Source: Klebsormidium nitens (lineage: Eukaryota; Plantae; Klebsormidiophyceae). From it: a stretch of DNA of 64,000 nt. The position numbers and the translations under genes are program-made. This document shows positions 35,887 through 47,828 of the stretch, piece after piece. The notes under the pieces are model-generated. The model did not search any database. It saw nothing but the letters and a program-made list of their open reading frames with translations, and was not told where the DNA came from. The stretch covers positions 1 through 64,000 of the forward strand of contig DF237167.1 in assembly GCA_000708835.1 (NCBI GenBank). Direction: 5' to 3'. Position 1 is the first letter of the stretch; the number at the start of each line of letters is the position of its first letter.

Positions 35887-38800
35887 TTACCAGGCAATGC
35901 GCCTAGCCACCTGGGTCAAGACCTTCACCTCGAGCGAGCACCCGGGACTGAACCCGCTATCCACCGAATCCCCGGACTCGTATAAAGGGAGCCACTCCCG
36001 TATGTAAGTGCAGTACGCGCGCTTGATGCCCAACTCGCATAGGGTATTAACGACCTCCGTGTCGTCCCGGTACCGGAAGATGCAGTCGCCGGTCTTGAAA
36101 AACTCGGAGAAGTCGTGCGGCTTTGGCCCGTGGAAATGGACGATAAACGCAGTGTCCCGGTGCTCGTGGTAAGGCTTGGCGTTAAACGTCTGGGGCAGCT
36201 TGGTGTGCTTTACCTCCGTTTCGTAGAATTGGTTGTAGGCCCCCTGCGTACATAATACGAGCGGGTTTATCTCCAGCAGAGTCCCACTTTGCCGCTGCGC
36301 TTGCCGAGTAAATCTAGGATTTGTCAAAAGCTGGTGGCTTTATACAACCTTGATCACGGTCTGCAGATTCGAGGCTGCTGGATTGCCCGTTACGAAGGTT
36401 TGGCTGTACCAGTTTCTCGTACAACGGCCTACGACAAGTTTGGATGAGGTGGACGTACAGTTTCGACGACCGAACCCGGAGCTCGAATACGAGCCTGTGA
36501 TGACCGTTTGGTTCGATTCTCGAAAATGTTCAAATGGTGAAGCGAGCGCTGAAAGTTCGACGCCATTCAGTGAATTGGCTCTAGGTTGAAGGGTTCAAAA
36601 ATTTTCCGGGATAATCACGTTGCTCTAATGTACCCCGAGTTGTCAAGCGAGAGATCCGGGTTGGGAGCGACACGAATGTCGTGCAAACTTGATGCGTCAA
36701 GCCGCCAGGGTCCAGCTGGCAGTGTGGAAGGGAGGCCGGAATTCTGCTTCACTCATCATCCAACTTGGACCAGGGTAAAAGAATCTTCGTTTGTCATCAA
36801 AACAGGACAGATGCAGATACGCTCGATGATTGTGCTCACCTGATCCTGGGGCCCGTAGTTCGAGAAGAAGAGCCCGTTCTTGTTGCCCAGAACGAAGCTG
36901 AGGAACCGATCGTAAGTGACGCGTAGCCTTGGCAAGTTCATCAGCATGATCCCAGCGTTGTACGGGAAAACGTCTTTCGCTTCCGACGCCATCCCAATGG
37001 CCGGCGGCAATGGAAGGCCGAAGTCGGAGAGTCTCAGCGCGCGCCGGAAGTAGACGTCGGAGTCCTGAGGAGTGGGCGGAACGATGTCAGCGGAATGAAG
37101 CTTGCGGAACTGATTCATTAGTCTGTAGTTTTGCAGATGCGGTGCTTGGAGCGCCAGAATTAGGCTTCGGTCGAGAATGAAAGAATCCGGAGGCTTTCAG
37201 GGAAAAACTATTTGCGACTTCGTTTCGGCTACAATGTGCAAGCGCCACGGATTCGGTCACTTTCTTTGCGGGCCCAAGTCTCAGCTCGCGCCAGAAACCG
37301 ACGGCATGTATCAGCAAGCGAAGCCGACAGGCGGAATTGCGGAGCGGAAGGCCGGACCGCTTTCAAGCAGATTGCTTGAAGAGACTCGCGACAGGCCGAA
37401 ATACGGCGACCTTCGCCAGCGGCTGTCAGCTTCAGAGTCGAGGCCTCAGAGAAAGGCGCTCTGAAAGATGATCGATGATCGCACCATCCACGCAGACACT
37501 CATTCTGCCTGATCGATCGAAAGACGGTTTCGGTTGGTTCTTCTGGTGTCAACCGCTTATTCGCGCCTCAGAAAGGTCGTGATGAGTGGTCCGAAGTTTC
37601 GAAGTGGCCATGGTCAACATAGAGAAAACAGAAACCGGTTAGCTTGTCCCTTCACAAACGCCTTTTATGAAAGTCACCAGCTTTCTTGGGACCGAACCAA
37701 GACCGGAGAATCTTACCGTAAACAGTACGTATTCAAACTGCTCCAACTCCGGAACGATCGGGATGTCGATCCGCTGCCACGTGCCCACCGCCATTTCCGG
37801 GTTCGCGTACAAGTGCGACGTGCGCAAGTTCTCCTTTCCTAGGAGCCGCGCAATCTGCGTGGCCCACGAGGGGTTATGGTAGATGATCCGCACGTTCTGG
37901 GCGACCAGCCACTGGTGAATCTCCGCTGTGCGGTTGCCCGAAAAGAGGCAATACGGCGCCAGCGTGCCAAACCGAGCCGCGGACCGGACCGCAGCCTTGA
38001 GCATGTAGTCGTACTTTTGGCTCCATCCGTTATAGGTGAAGACCCAAGGAAGCCTGCAAGAGTGGAAATTTTCGATAAGAAAATGACGGCTTTGTTCGCT
38101 TTCTTTGCGTTGTCCTATTGAGTTTCCCATTACAATGGTTCTTGAAGTAAAAAGTCACAACAGGACATGCTCTAGTACGGACTCGGACGAGTGACCTTCG
38201 TGATGTAAGAACGTGAATTGGAAAGAGAGTACATGAATTTTATAGCAGCGTCACCGCGGCAAATGGAGCAGAGGGGAAGAGACACTGGCTACGCAGATCT
38301 CCCTGCATTGGCAGAAGGGTAAGAAGGTCTGCGAAAAAGGAAAAGCACCTGATGCGCCTGAGCTTTAGAAACGCGAACAAATTCAAAAGTGGATCGATCC
38401 AGCACCTATTTGAGTTGAGAATTGAGCAGGTCAGACGATTCATCAAACTGGCCCTACCGCTCCGCCTGATCTATCAGACTGTAGAAAACCGGAATTGAGC
38501 AACTCTTATCCGAGCAGATGAGTCTAGAATTTCCGTCGTCTTATGTCATACCTGAGCACGGGTATAAAGTCGTCGAGCGGGATGTTTCCGCCGTTGTACC
38601 AGCTCGCCCATTTTTCCGCCCGGGTCCGCTCGTAGATGAGCAGAGCGGAGAAGCTCGAGACGGAATTGCCCATGAATTTCTCGGACGCGAGGGCGATGTA
38701 GAAGTCGACCAGCGCGCTCTGTTCGCGCGAGAGAGGGACGGCCATCTCCGGCAGAATGTCCTCCTGAGTGTAAACCTGCACTCCCGAAAAGCGTCGTCAT

Positions 38801-41270
38801 TTGTACGAATTCTTGACCGCGGCCGCTTTCGTGCGTCATTTTGGCTCTGGAGCAACTCGGACAAAGCTTGTTAGATCAGTAGGTGGGTTAGGGGAAGATG
38901 GATCTCTAGCTGTTTCTCTGGTTCTGAATTGCTAGACATTGTTTCTGTGCAAATGATGGCGAATCTCCTAGGGAATCTAATCTCTCTTATCGGTTTTTAC
39001 TTTTCGACAACACACGCCTTGTCCGCACCACTTTGCGAAGGTACTCGCTTCGTTATCACGGAGTGGGCGTGCCAGTCTCTGACGTCTGACCCGTAAGAAC
39101 CTTGTAGTGACTTCACCAAGTTTCGCACGAGGCGAGGCGAACAAGTGTTTGCGAAAGCCAATCTCTCTGGTACGGTGGCAGGCCAATCTTTGAGAATTTT
39201 TAAGCACTATCTTCGAGATGCGCGATTCAAGAGCGATCCATCTTTTGTCGAACTTCGCATCCTTCCTGAATTTGTGAAGGAAGAATCATAAATTGCTCCG
39301 GCTTTGAACTGCCAGATGGGCCGGCAACTTTTCTTCCTTCTTCAAAACAGCTGTGAGAGTGCGACTTGCAGTCCAAGAAACAGGGTCGGGAAACTGACCT
39401 TGAATCCCGCCTTTTCCAGGTTGCTGAAGATAAGGTCGCGGTTTGTTGGGTCGATGTCGGACCACATACTGGCCACGTAGAGGGGTCGAGAAGGGGACAC
39501 GCGTTTCGCCAGCAGAGCCTCGTGCACCGTCCACGTGTTTGTGAGGCAGTTGTTACGGATCCGGCCGTCGGGGATGCTTTCCCAGCGCCGGCAATGTGCG
39601 AGCCAGTCGTTTTCGGCCCGCATGTGCAGAAAGGAGAAGCCAGCACCATCTGGAGGACAGGTTATTTTTATGCTTGGATTTGGCTCAGATTATACTGCTC
39701 GGAGAAACGACGCCAATACAACTTGGAGAATTTGACAAATCTAGCTCGGAGTAATTTCAATCGAGATGGTTTCAGCGTCCTACGTGCTCAAAAAAGGTTC
39801 ACATCCTCGTCCATGGGAGCTAGAGAGCGCACTTCAAACAGATCCGAGCTTTGCAATACTATTCAGCTGATGGACATGGTGAGATCGAAGAGTAACTGAA
39901 ATGCAAGCTTCTCAGACCACCAGCTGAATGCAGTGAGCAGGCCGCTAGATGCATAAGCCCCAGATGGCAAATGGGGAGGGCAAGCCCCCCCAATTTCATT
40001 AGACCAACCAGCTGAACTTTCTAGCAGGTTTAGAAGAGCATCCATTCTCGTTCCAGTTTATCAAACTCCAAAAACGAAAAAAAGAACCGTTTGTAGGCAG
40101 TCCCGATTCTTGGAATCTGAATGGAAAGCAGCTGAGCCAATTATCTTCCGTGCAGGGACCAAGCATGATTGGCTTTTGTAAGAAAACCTTTTGGAGTCCT
40201 TGTGGTCTTTGACAGGCAACATTCGGATATCTTTTGTTATGCAGGTGGGCTGCTTTCTGAGCTGCCATCTGCCCTAGATAAGCCGACCCAAAAAACCCAC
40301 AATTGCGGAGTGCAATCTGCAATTCCAGCTGCTCACCTCCGTCGCCCACAGGCTCAGCTCCATTGCGCCCCCCCTCAGCCAGTGTCGCTACTGCATGGGA
40401 CACGATCTCCTCGTACTGCTTTGCGGGCTGGAGGGATTCCAATACTGCCCAGAAGAGCTCCTCATTCTCTTTGATCACATCCCTTGACAGCCGCAGGAAC
40501 GCGCACTCGATCGCGACATGAAGATCGTGCTTCCTCTCCGTGCTCGCGACGGTGTCAGTGACGCCCTCAAACGAGACCTTCACGTACTCGCTTAGTGGGG
40601 GGGCCTCTGCCGGGGTCAAGACCTGCATTCCCAACCTGGAGGCAAGCCCGTTCCTAAACTCCTGAACATTGTAGACTTCTGACATTGGCACAGAGCCGTT
40701 GCTGATCGTATCCACAATCCAGGCATCGCTTCTCTGGAGGCCGTTCAAGAGGAAATCTGGCAGAACTGGGATCCTGTCCGTCAGCTTTGCAATCACGATC
40801 CCGTACACGAGAGCCAACCGCTGGTTGGCAAAGCCGTTACACGTGAGGAAGCGGAGCGTTCGAGACTCGATTGCGTGCTGGACATTGCGGGTAGGCACGG
40901 GCGGCAGCGTTCGTGCAGGGATGCTCCACTCGGGTGCGCTTTTCTCGACAGAGTCTAGGGCCCCCGCCAACAATTCCTTACTGTGCATGCTGCTGCTCAA
41001 GTGCCGGCTCGAACGCACTGCCGTCAGGGCCTCCCTTTCCCGATTTTGCAGTGACTGCGCGGTGCTCTGCTCAAAACCCCCCTGCAACGAAACCTTTTCC
41101 GAGCGCAACTGCACATTGATGACAAACAGCACGATTGCGGCGAGTCCGAGGACCTGATACGACGGGAGGAACGACCGGAAGAAGCGCCGCTGAAGCCGCC
41201 CCCTCACTTTTTCATTTCCAACCCAGCTCGCCATCGTTTCAATGACCGTGCTGCTACCTGCGTCCCCCAT
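35887..41270 (-). CDS. Fused O-fucosyltransferase-family (O-FucT, GT-B) plus GT8-like (GT-A) glycosyltransferase, ~775 aa, type II membrane; exons 40337..41270, 39399..39649, 38552..38775, 37717..38053, 36840..37064, 35887..36243
   Basis: TM VLGLAAIVLFVI. O-FucT motifs CNGFANQRLALVYGIVIAKLTDRIPVLP, FSFLHMRAENDW, LYVAS and SALVDFYIALASEKFMGNSVSSFS. No stop before the donor GTATGA at 38551, and the next exon joins in phase 2 (R|LPWVFTY). GT8-like motifs VLFT|DSDVYF, NAGIMLMNL, QDQ|GAYN and VHFHGPKP. Confidence 0.85.
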
Positions 41271-44200
41271 TCAACCCAGCGATCCCACAACCATTTGCAG
41301 TGGGGGCGGGGACTAGCATGCGGGGGAGGAGGGCGGATACAACTTAGACCCAGAGCTTGTGAGTTTGTCGGACCTGCAAAAGCCAGCAGCTAAGCTTGCA
41401 GCGGTGAGGTCAGGTTGGTTGCTTGCAAACACTTCTTTGAGTTTCTGATGACCCAGGCTGGGAAGCAGATTGAGGCACTCAGAGTCAGGGACACCCAGAC
41501 TGACCTGAAAAGGTACTTGGATCGCTGAATCCAATGATGCAGGAGGTAATAGCTCCTTCGCCCCTTCTGAGTACATGATTCCTACATCTATCTAGCTATA
41601 GCTCATTCTGCTGTTTCGCCTCGAGCTGCTGTAGTGACAACACACGGTTGTCGGCTCACTAAACCCTATAGTACCGGTGCCTTTATTTGTACAGAGCTGC
41701 AATGAGCCTGTGTGGCGACTCATGTTCAGGCGTCGTTGCGCAGCGGGTTACAGAAGTGCGGACGCTGATACGAATGAACGATTCTACCTCTTTTGTGGTA
41801 AAAACAATGATGCGAACTGTGAATTGACATCAATGCCATTGTACCTGAATACTGTCCTTGCATACCGCCCCCTGCTGTTGATGCGCACGCCAGGGCTTTA
41901 AGAGAGTTGTCCATTCTACGGTTCTCGATAAGGACCGTGCTACCCAGACTTGCTGTGATGCTGTGCAGAATCCATACTCGACGGTAGACACCCATTGCCG
42001 TAGCTCGGTACCAGTCCACATGGACGGTGCCTCGTGGAAGTTTGGGAAACCAACTTCCACTTTGACTTGGCCGCTTCACAGTCCTAACTTAGTACGTTTG
42101 CGCGGCTGGGCCACTTGTACTGGTAGGACCTACTGGTACTAGGTAGTCTAAGTACCAAATGCGCCGACACACCAGCCTACCTGGTATTGAAGCTGCAGAG
42201 GGAGTGCAGCACCAAGAGGCATGCGCGCGCGCATTGACCACCTTCTGCCCGCATGCACGCTGTCTAGGTACGCGCTGCCGTCCGGCGGCCGGCCGGTTAC
42301 AGCTTTCACAGCGCCAGCCTAGGAAATTTGTCCTGAAACCCACCGTGGCAAAGCAGCCGGGCGGGAAGCACCGAGGATGAAAATTGGGTCTGAATGTCGA
42401 CGACAGAGCTACCGGTCGAAGTCGGTTGATTGCCCCTGCTGTTGACAGGAACCGTAGAAACGACGGCGCCGCTCTTGAAAGGACCAAGTCTATACCGTGG
42501 TACTCGAGATCACAAAGCTGAGAGTCACACTCACAGAGGAGTCGACGCCACACCAGCTGCCGGCAGGTGGAAAGCTCGTAGTCTTCCAGGATTGCTAGGG
42601 CTTTCGAGCGTCTTGGTTGCATACTACTACTACTACTAGTAGCAAGGATCTTTGAAGCAGACACATCCTGTAGGGGCATTGACCGGACGTTGGGCAGCTT
42701 TGTCCAAAGGAGCTCAATGTATAACAGTCGTTAGAATCATGACGTAAGATGTATATTATACAACTTCAGAAAGAAAGCCAGCTTGAGCCAGTGAGCTGCG
42801 AGTAACACTTCATAATGTATATTCGTACCGTTCTAAAGTTCCATGCCACAGTCCGCGAGGCAATGAACACACTGCACTGAAAGACTGATTTGGAAAGTTC
42901 TGAACAGCGTATGTCGCTCTGCACAAAAATTCACACAACCATTCAGGCGCTATGGGTTTACTGGCTACTGCATACTACATCAGCAGGTCCTCTCCTATGC
43001 AGGGTGCACCCATTGTCCCAATGAGATCCTGAGATACAGCTGAGCTCAATGCCCCTGCGCACCTTATAGATCATTTTGGAGAGATGGAAGGATGAACCAA
43101 GCTCAGCAGAGTCGGTGCATCAAGCAAGTGCAAAAATGTGGCAGCCTTTCAAGGTGAGAGAGATTGCAGTTTCTGCAAGAGGCCTTTTAACTTTTTCTGC
43201 TTTCTCTCGATGCTGTTTCTCAACATGAGTATCTTTCCCAGAGAAAGTCTTCTGCGCAATGCGTTCTTTCAAGAAGGCGGGAAGCAGGGGTATTCAACTG
43301 CCGGTTGACGTGGGCATTCAACTGCTTTTGTCCAAGCTCGTTGCTTTGGATTCTGACAGCAAGCAGATTATTGTTAGATTTGGCGTGAATAGAAAGGTCT
43401 TCAGGTGTGCCACCACATCTTTGACGAGGCAGACAAGGGACACTTGTCACTCTCTAAGCTACACAACTCCAGGCCACCACTCTCATCAATAGACCACCAT
43501 AAATCTCAGCATTACATCTCAGCCGCTTGTCCTTGGCCCGAACAAGATGCTGGGGAGCTACCCCTTTTATAGAACTTCAGCCTGAGAAGGCGCGTTTGCA
43601 CATGACATGAACACCGGCAAGGTGTCCTTTGTAAATGCTTGTTGGGTCTTAAGAGCCTGAATTGCTGCCATATGTAATTGCCTGCAGCCTTTAGAAGCAC
43701 CTCGTTCGAGAGCACTGAAAGAGGCGAGGATGCAGATGGCCAACAAAGCAGTATCATGCTCTGAATCCATCTCTTCCTCTTCCATGCTCTAGTCCCGTGA
43801 TCAGCGGCAGCCTGGCAGGGGCTTTCCACATCCGCTGGCAGTTGCTGGCAAGTTCGTGGCATTCCGCACTGTACTTGTATGCTGCTGCCACGGGCCAGTC
43901 AAGGGGCGCGAAGTACGAGGCACCAGGTACTAGGTGAGGCAACATCACGAGCTCAGTCTAAGCATTTCGATGGAAAGCGAAGCAGAAGAACTGTGGCAGG
44001 AAGGTACATGGTTGACGGCAGGTATTCCCCTCTCAAAGCTGGACGGTCGGGCTCGGCTGTTTCTGTTTTCGCCTCTCGTCGTTGCCTTTCTTAACAGATA
44101 TGTTATTGTGTTGGCCGTTTTTGGTTTTGTGAATCAGCTTTCCCAGTTCCTCCATTTCGTCATCCTGCTTTCATGCATTCTACCACTTTTTCTTCTACTT

Positions 44201-44610
44201 TCCTCTCCTGTATTCCGCCGTGTTGCTTTCTGGGCCATATCTTTCCATTGCCACCTTCTGTAATTACCTCTTTCACTTCGGATGCCCGGCGTCTCCCGGT
44301 CAATCTTTTCTTGACGTTGGATGCAGATATTTCCTGTGATACTCCTTCATCGCTAGGCTGCCCTTCTCTCTAGGTGACGGCCGCGCTACATTCCCTTTAA
44401 CTGTAGATTTGGCATTCTTCCATAGACCAAGGAACAAGCAGTCCTCACTGCCGGGGCCGAGCTCTTCTATGACAATCCGTGGCCATTCGCTAATCCTGAG
44501 ACCAAGGGCAGGCTTCATTGTTTTTGACGAGGAGGCGCGGCTTTTTGTCATCTGACCAGTAATTCTCGGTGGTGGACATCGTTCTCAACTGCTGCAGTTA
44601 CCCTGTGCAG

Positions 44611-44687
44611 GGTCCAGAACGAGCACCTGCCGGGAGGCGCTGCAGATGCAGATGGACGTCCACGAGAACCTGCACGAGCAACTCGAG
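44611..44687 (+). pseudogene. Isolated exon encoding the PHR1/PHL (MYB-CC) coiled-coil LHEQLE motif
   Basis: CTGTGCAG|..SRTSTCREALQMQMDVHENLHEQLE|GTCAGG; compare the PHR1-family consensus EALRLQMEVQKQLHEQLE. I found neither a MYB (SHLQKYR) exon nor the following VQRHLQLRIE-type exon nearby. Confidence 0.7.
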
Positions 44688-45247
44688 GTCAGGACCGGCG
44701 CTCTACTTTTTGGTTATTCTTAGCTGGTCGATGAAATATCAAAATCGCCACGTGGCCGGCCATTCAAGTCGCTCAATGCTTGTATTTGACCTGAGGTATA
44801 GAAGGGGTTATCGTATCTTGGAAAGCGTTGCTGGTTGGCGTAAGTTGCTTTCAGGAAGCAGTGCGGGCTTCGAGTCCTTCTTCGTCCCTTCGGATCTCGG
44901 ATCTCCCAAAATGAACCATTACTCGCAAGATTTCCCGAGTCGCTTCACCTCTTTCGTAACTAGATCAAGCGAGTGCTTGATAAGCACGCCTGGAAAACGG
45001 AATCTGTTCGAAGATCGGCGTCCTTGTAGACTAATTTGAGTACTGTAGCATTCGAGGAAGCAGCAGAAAGCAGAGTCGCAACAAGCCTGACGAGCTTGCA
45101 GCCCGTCAGATTACTTTGCAGAACTTCAATGGTCGCCCGTTACATGCAAGCGCACCAATCTTCCGGCTGCATGGAACACTGAGCTTCTTTGCCCCCTGCA
45201 AATGTGCGATCTCGTGAAGATGAATTTATATCTGGCGGCCTTTGCAG

Positions 45248-47828
45248 CTCGAAGGACAACAACTGCGAAGGCACGGGCTACCACTTCGACTTCAGTCCCG
45301 CGGGCTTCGCGCAGATTGCCACCGTGCGGGCAGGCACCGTCTTTATGCAGTGGCGACGGTAAGTAGACCGCAAACAGACCCGATTGTTTTGAGGGAATGG
45401 TCGCTGTCGAAGCTGCTGCTTTTACCAGTTACTGCTGGTTTGCGTGGAAGCTGACGTCTGCTCAGTGCCAACAACGGTGGGTTTGAAGTCACCTGCTTTT
45501 TCTGCCGCATCCAACGCAATCTATTTCGTATCGAAGTGCTGACGTCGATAAACGGAAAGTTTCATGACAAGTTTATATGCCCGCTCCGCTCAGTCGCTCA
45601 TGTCCCTTCACAAAGCCTTTGCCGATCCATAAGGCAAGCTCTCAATCCATAAGATCCTCTAACAACCTGGTTGCTCTTAAGCGTCTGGCGAGCGGATAAG
45701 CTCCAGAAATGGCCTTCGAAATGGACTGTGTAAGACGAACATTCAAAGAACAATTTGGGGTGCGCCCGTGAAGAACACCGCACTCGACTCGTCCGGAAAG
45801 GGCGATTGTTGGGTTCCCCCGCGATAATCAAGCCAACCGTTCGCACTTCCTCGCTGTTTTCCAGCGTCCGGTGCCAGCGCCAGGGCAACTTCCAGTTGGT
45901 CACCGAGTCGGAGGCGAACCCCTACTGGTTGAGCGTCATGGTACGGAACATTGCCGGGGACGGACATTGCAGACTACCGGTCCGGATCGTCCGACTGGAA
46001 TGCAATGAACAGGGCGGAAGATGGGGGCTTCGGCGCCGACTGGTTTATTTCTGCCCGCCCTCGGGCGCGATCACTGTCAGGTGAGCGGGACCTTCTCTTC
46101 AGAACGGGTCATTCTTCCGCTCAGAAACACATTTTGATGATCAGCGCCTCTTTCATTGCAACACATATGCATTCGTTACTGCAGCCGAGGAAGCAGGGCC
46201 GTGTGCTAAATGGGGTTGTCGCAGGAGATTGTCGAAGCTCGATCGTTTTAGCTCAACGTTCTTTGCTCGATTAGGCGGAAGGCATCAAATATCCTTTCTA
46301 TCCGTGCTGCCTGTCTAAGATGCATAAAGACAAAGGCTTCCCGGACGAGAGCTGCATTCTGAGCGATGCATCTTCGCTTTCGATCCAACGATTGTCCTTT
46401 GTTCTTACCTGAGCCCGACGGCGAAGCTTCATCCTTTCTCTATCTTACGGTTGTTCGTTTTCGCCCATCCAGAATCAAGACCGACCGGAGCCAGACCGCC
46501 GAGCTGACCGACTGCATACCCAGCGGCTGGTTGCCTAGACAGAGCTACGACTGCGGGACAAACATTCAATCAGGGGAATCCCCCTCCAGCACTTACAACC
46601 AATTCCGCCCCTGCGGACAACCCAGCCCGTCCGACACCCAGAGTTTCCAGCCTGCGGACACGCCACAGGACACTTCCCCTCCGGACACCCCGGCCCCTGC
46701 CATGACGTCAGACCCGGCTACCCCCGCTCCGGTGATCACGTCACCTCCGGACACCGCCCCTCCGGACACACCAGCCGCTGCGACGTCGTCACCTCCGGAC
46801 TCCGGACACTCCGGGCACCGTCCGAAACGTCTGCCCCGACCTCACCTCCGGGCACGCCAGCACCGTCCGTGCCGGACACGCCTGCCCCGATGGAGGCCGT
46901 GACGTCAGCTCCGGACACCCCCGCGCCGACGGACACTTCCGTGCCGACGGACACTCTTCCGCCGGACATTCCCTCGCCCACGGATGGCCCCACGCCCACG
47001 CCAACGGATACGAACCTGCCGGACACTCCCACGCCGTCCGAAACACCCGTTCCAGACACCCCAGCGCCTACGGACGCCCGCCCCCGCCCTCCTCACCGTC
47101 CGCCTGATGCACACACGGTGGCGCCGGACGCGTCCACGAAAGCGCCCGCGAAACCAAGCCCGTCGTTGTTTCCGTCACAAGCCCCGTCGCCTTCTCCGTC
47201 CAACTCGACGTCTCCGTCACAGTCTCCGTCACCGTCACCCTCATTACCGCCGTCCCGTCACCTTTCCGTCAATTTCACCGTCGCCCTCCGCCTCAGCATC
47301 ACCTGTATTGCCCCCCTCACCTCTAGAATGCCAACCTCAGCCACCGCCCCAGAAGTCCCCCATCTCCCTACCCCCACTACACTGTTCCCCCCACCATCAG
47401 CGGCTGATTCTCCCCCCCCTCCGGCGGCCAATCGCCCCCCTGCCCCCGGTAGCCATTCCTTCCCCTGCTCCCGCGCCCCCTTCACCAATGAACGCTGAAG
47501 ACTCAGTGAATTCAACCGCTCCCAGCCCTTCGCCGAATTACAGCCCCCTCCTCAGCCCGTCCATGGCCACAAAGAACGCGCCAGATTGGGCTCGAGCCCA
47601 ACCCCGTCTTCAAGCCCTAGCGCATCCGCCAACCCTAACCTAAGTCCTAACCCGAGCCCTGACCAGAGCCCTGACCCGGGCCGCAACGCTTATTCAGGTT
47701 CCACCCCCGAGCCAAGCGGTAGCCCGTCTTCGAGCGCCGCCAGCCCTAGACCCTTTCCTAACCCGAACCCTAACCCAAACCCGTTAATCCACCCCGGTAC
47801 AAACACCACAGAGAATGGCTGCCTTTGA
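45248..47828 (+). pseudogene. Expansin with a long Pro/Thr/Ser/Asp-rich (HRGP-like) C-terminal tail; 5' exons not found, multiple frameshifts; exons 45248..45358, 45865..46080, 46473..~47828
   Basis: NCEGTGYHFDFSPAGFAQIATVRAGTVFMQWR|RVRCQRQGNF..NPYWLSVMVRNIAGDG, then SDWNAMNR..GFGADW in another frame, then GAITVR|IKTDRSQTAELTDCIPSGWLPRQSY (expansin DPBB end plus CBM63-type domain). PDTPAP and PSPSPS repeats follow, switching frame several times. Confidence 0.8.

Noticed and set aside
43600-43720. LSVLSNEVLLKAAGNY on the minus strand, faintly F-box-like
   Set aside because: Too few conserved positions and no gene context.
46736-47515. Gly/Val-rich minus-strand ORFs
   Set aside because: Antisense reading of the Pro/Thr-rich expansin tail.
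47620-47790. CCCTAA/CCCGAA runs resembling telomeric repeats
   Set aside because: Irregular and explained by PNPNP/PSP codons; not a telomere array. Similar short runs near 35830-35880 are too degenerate.
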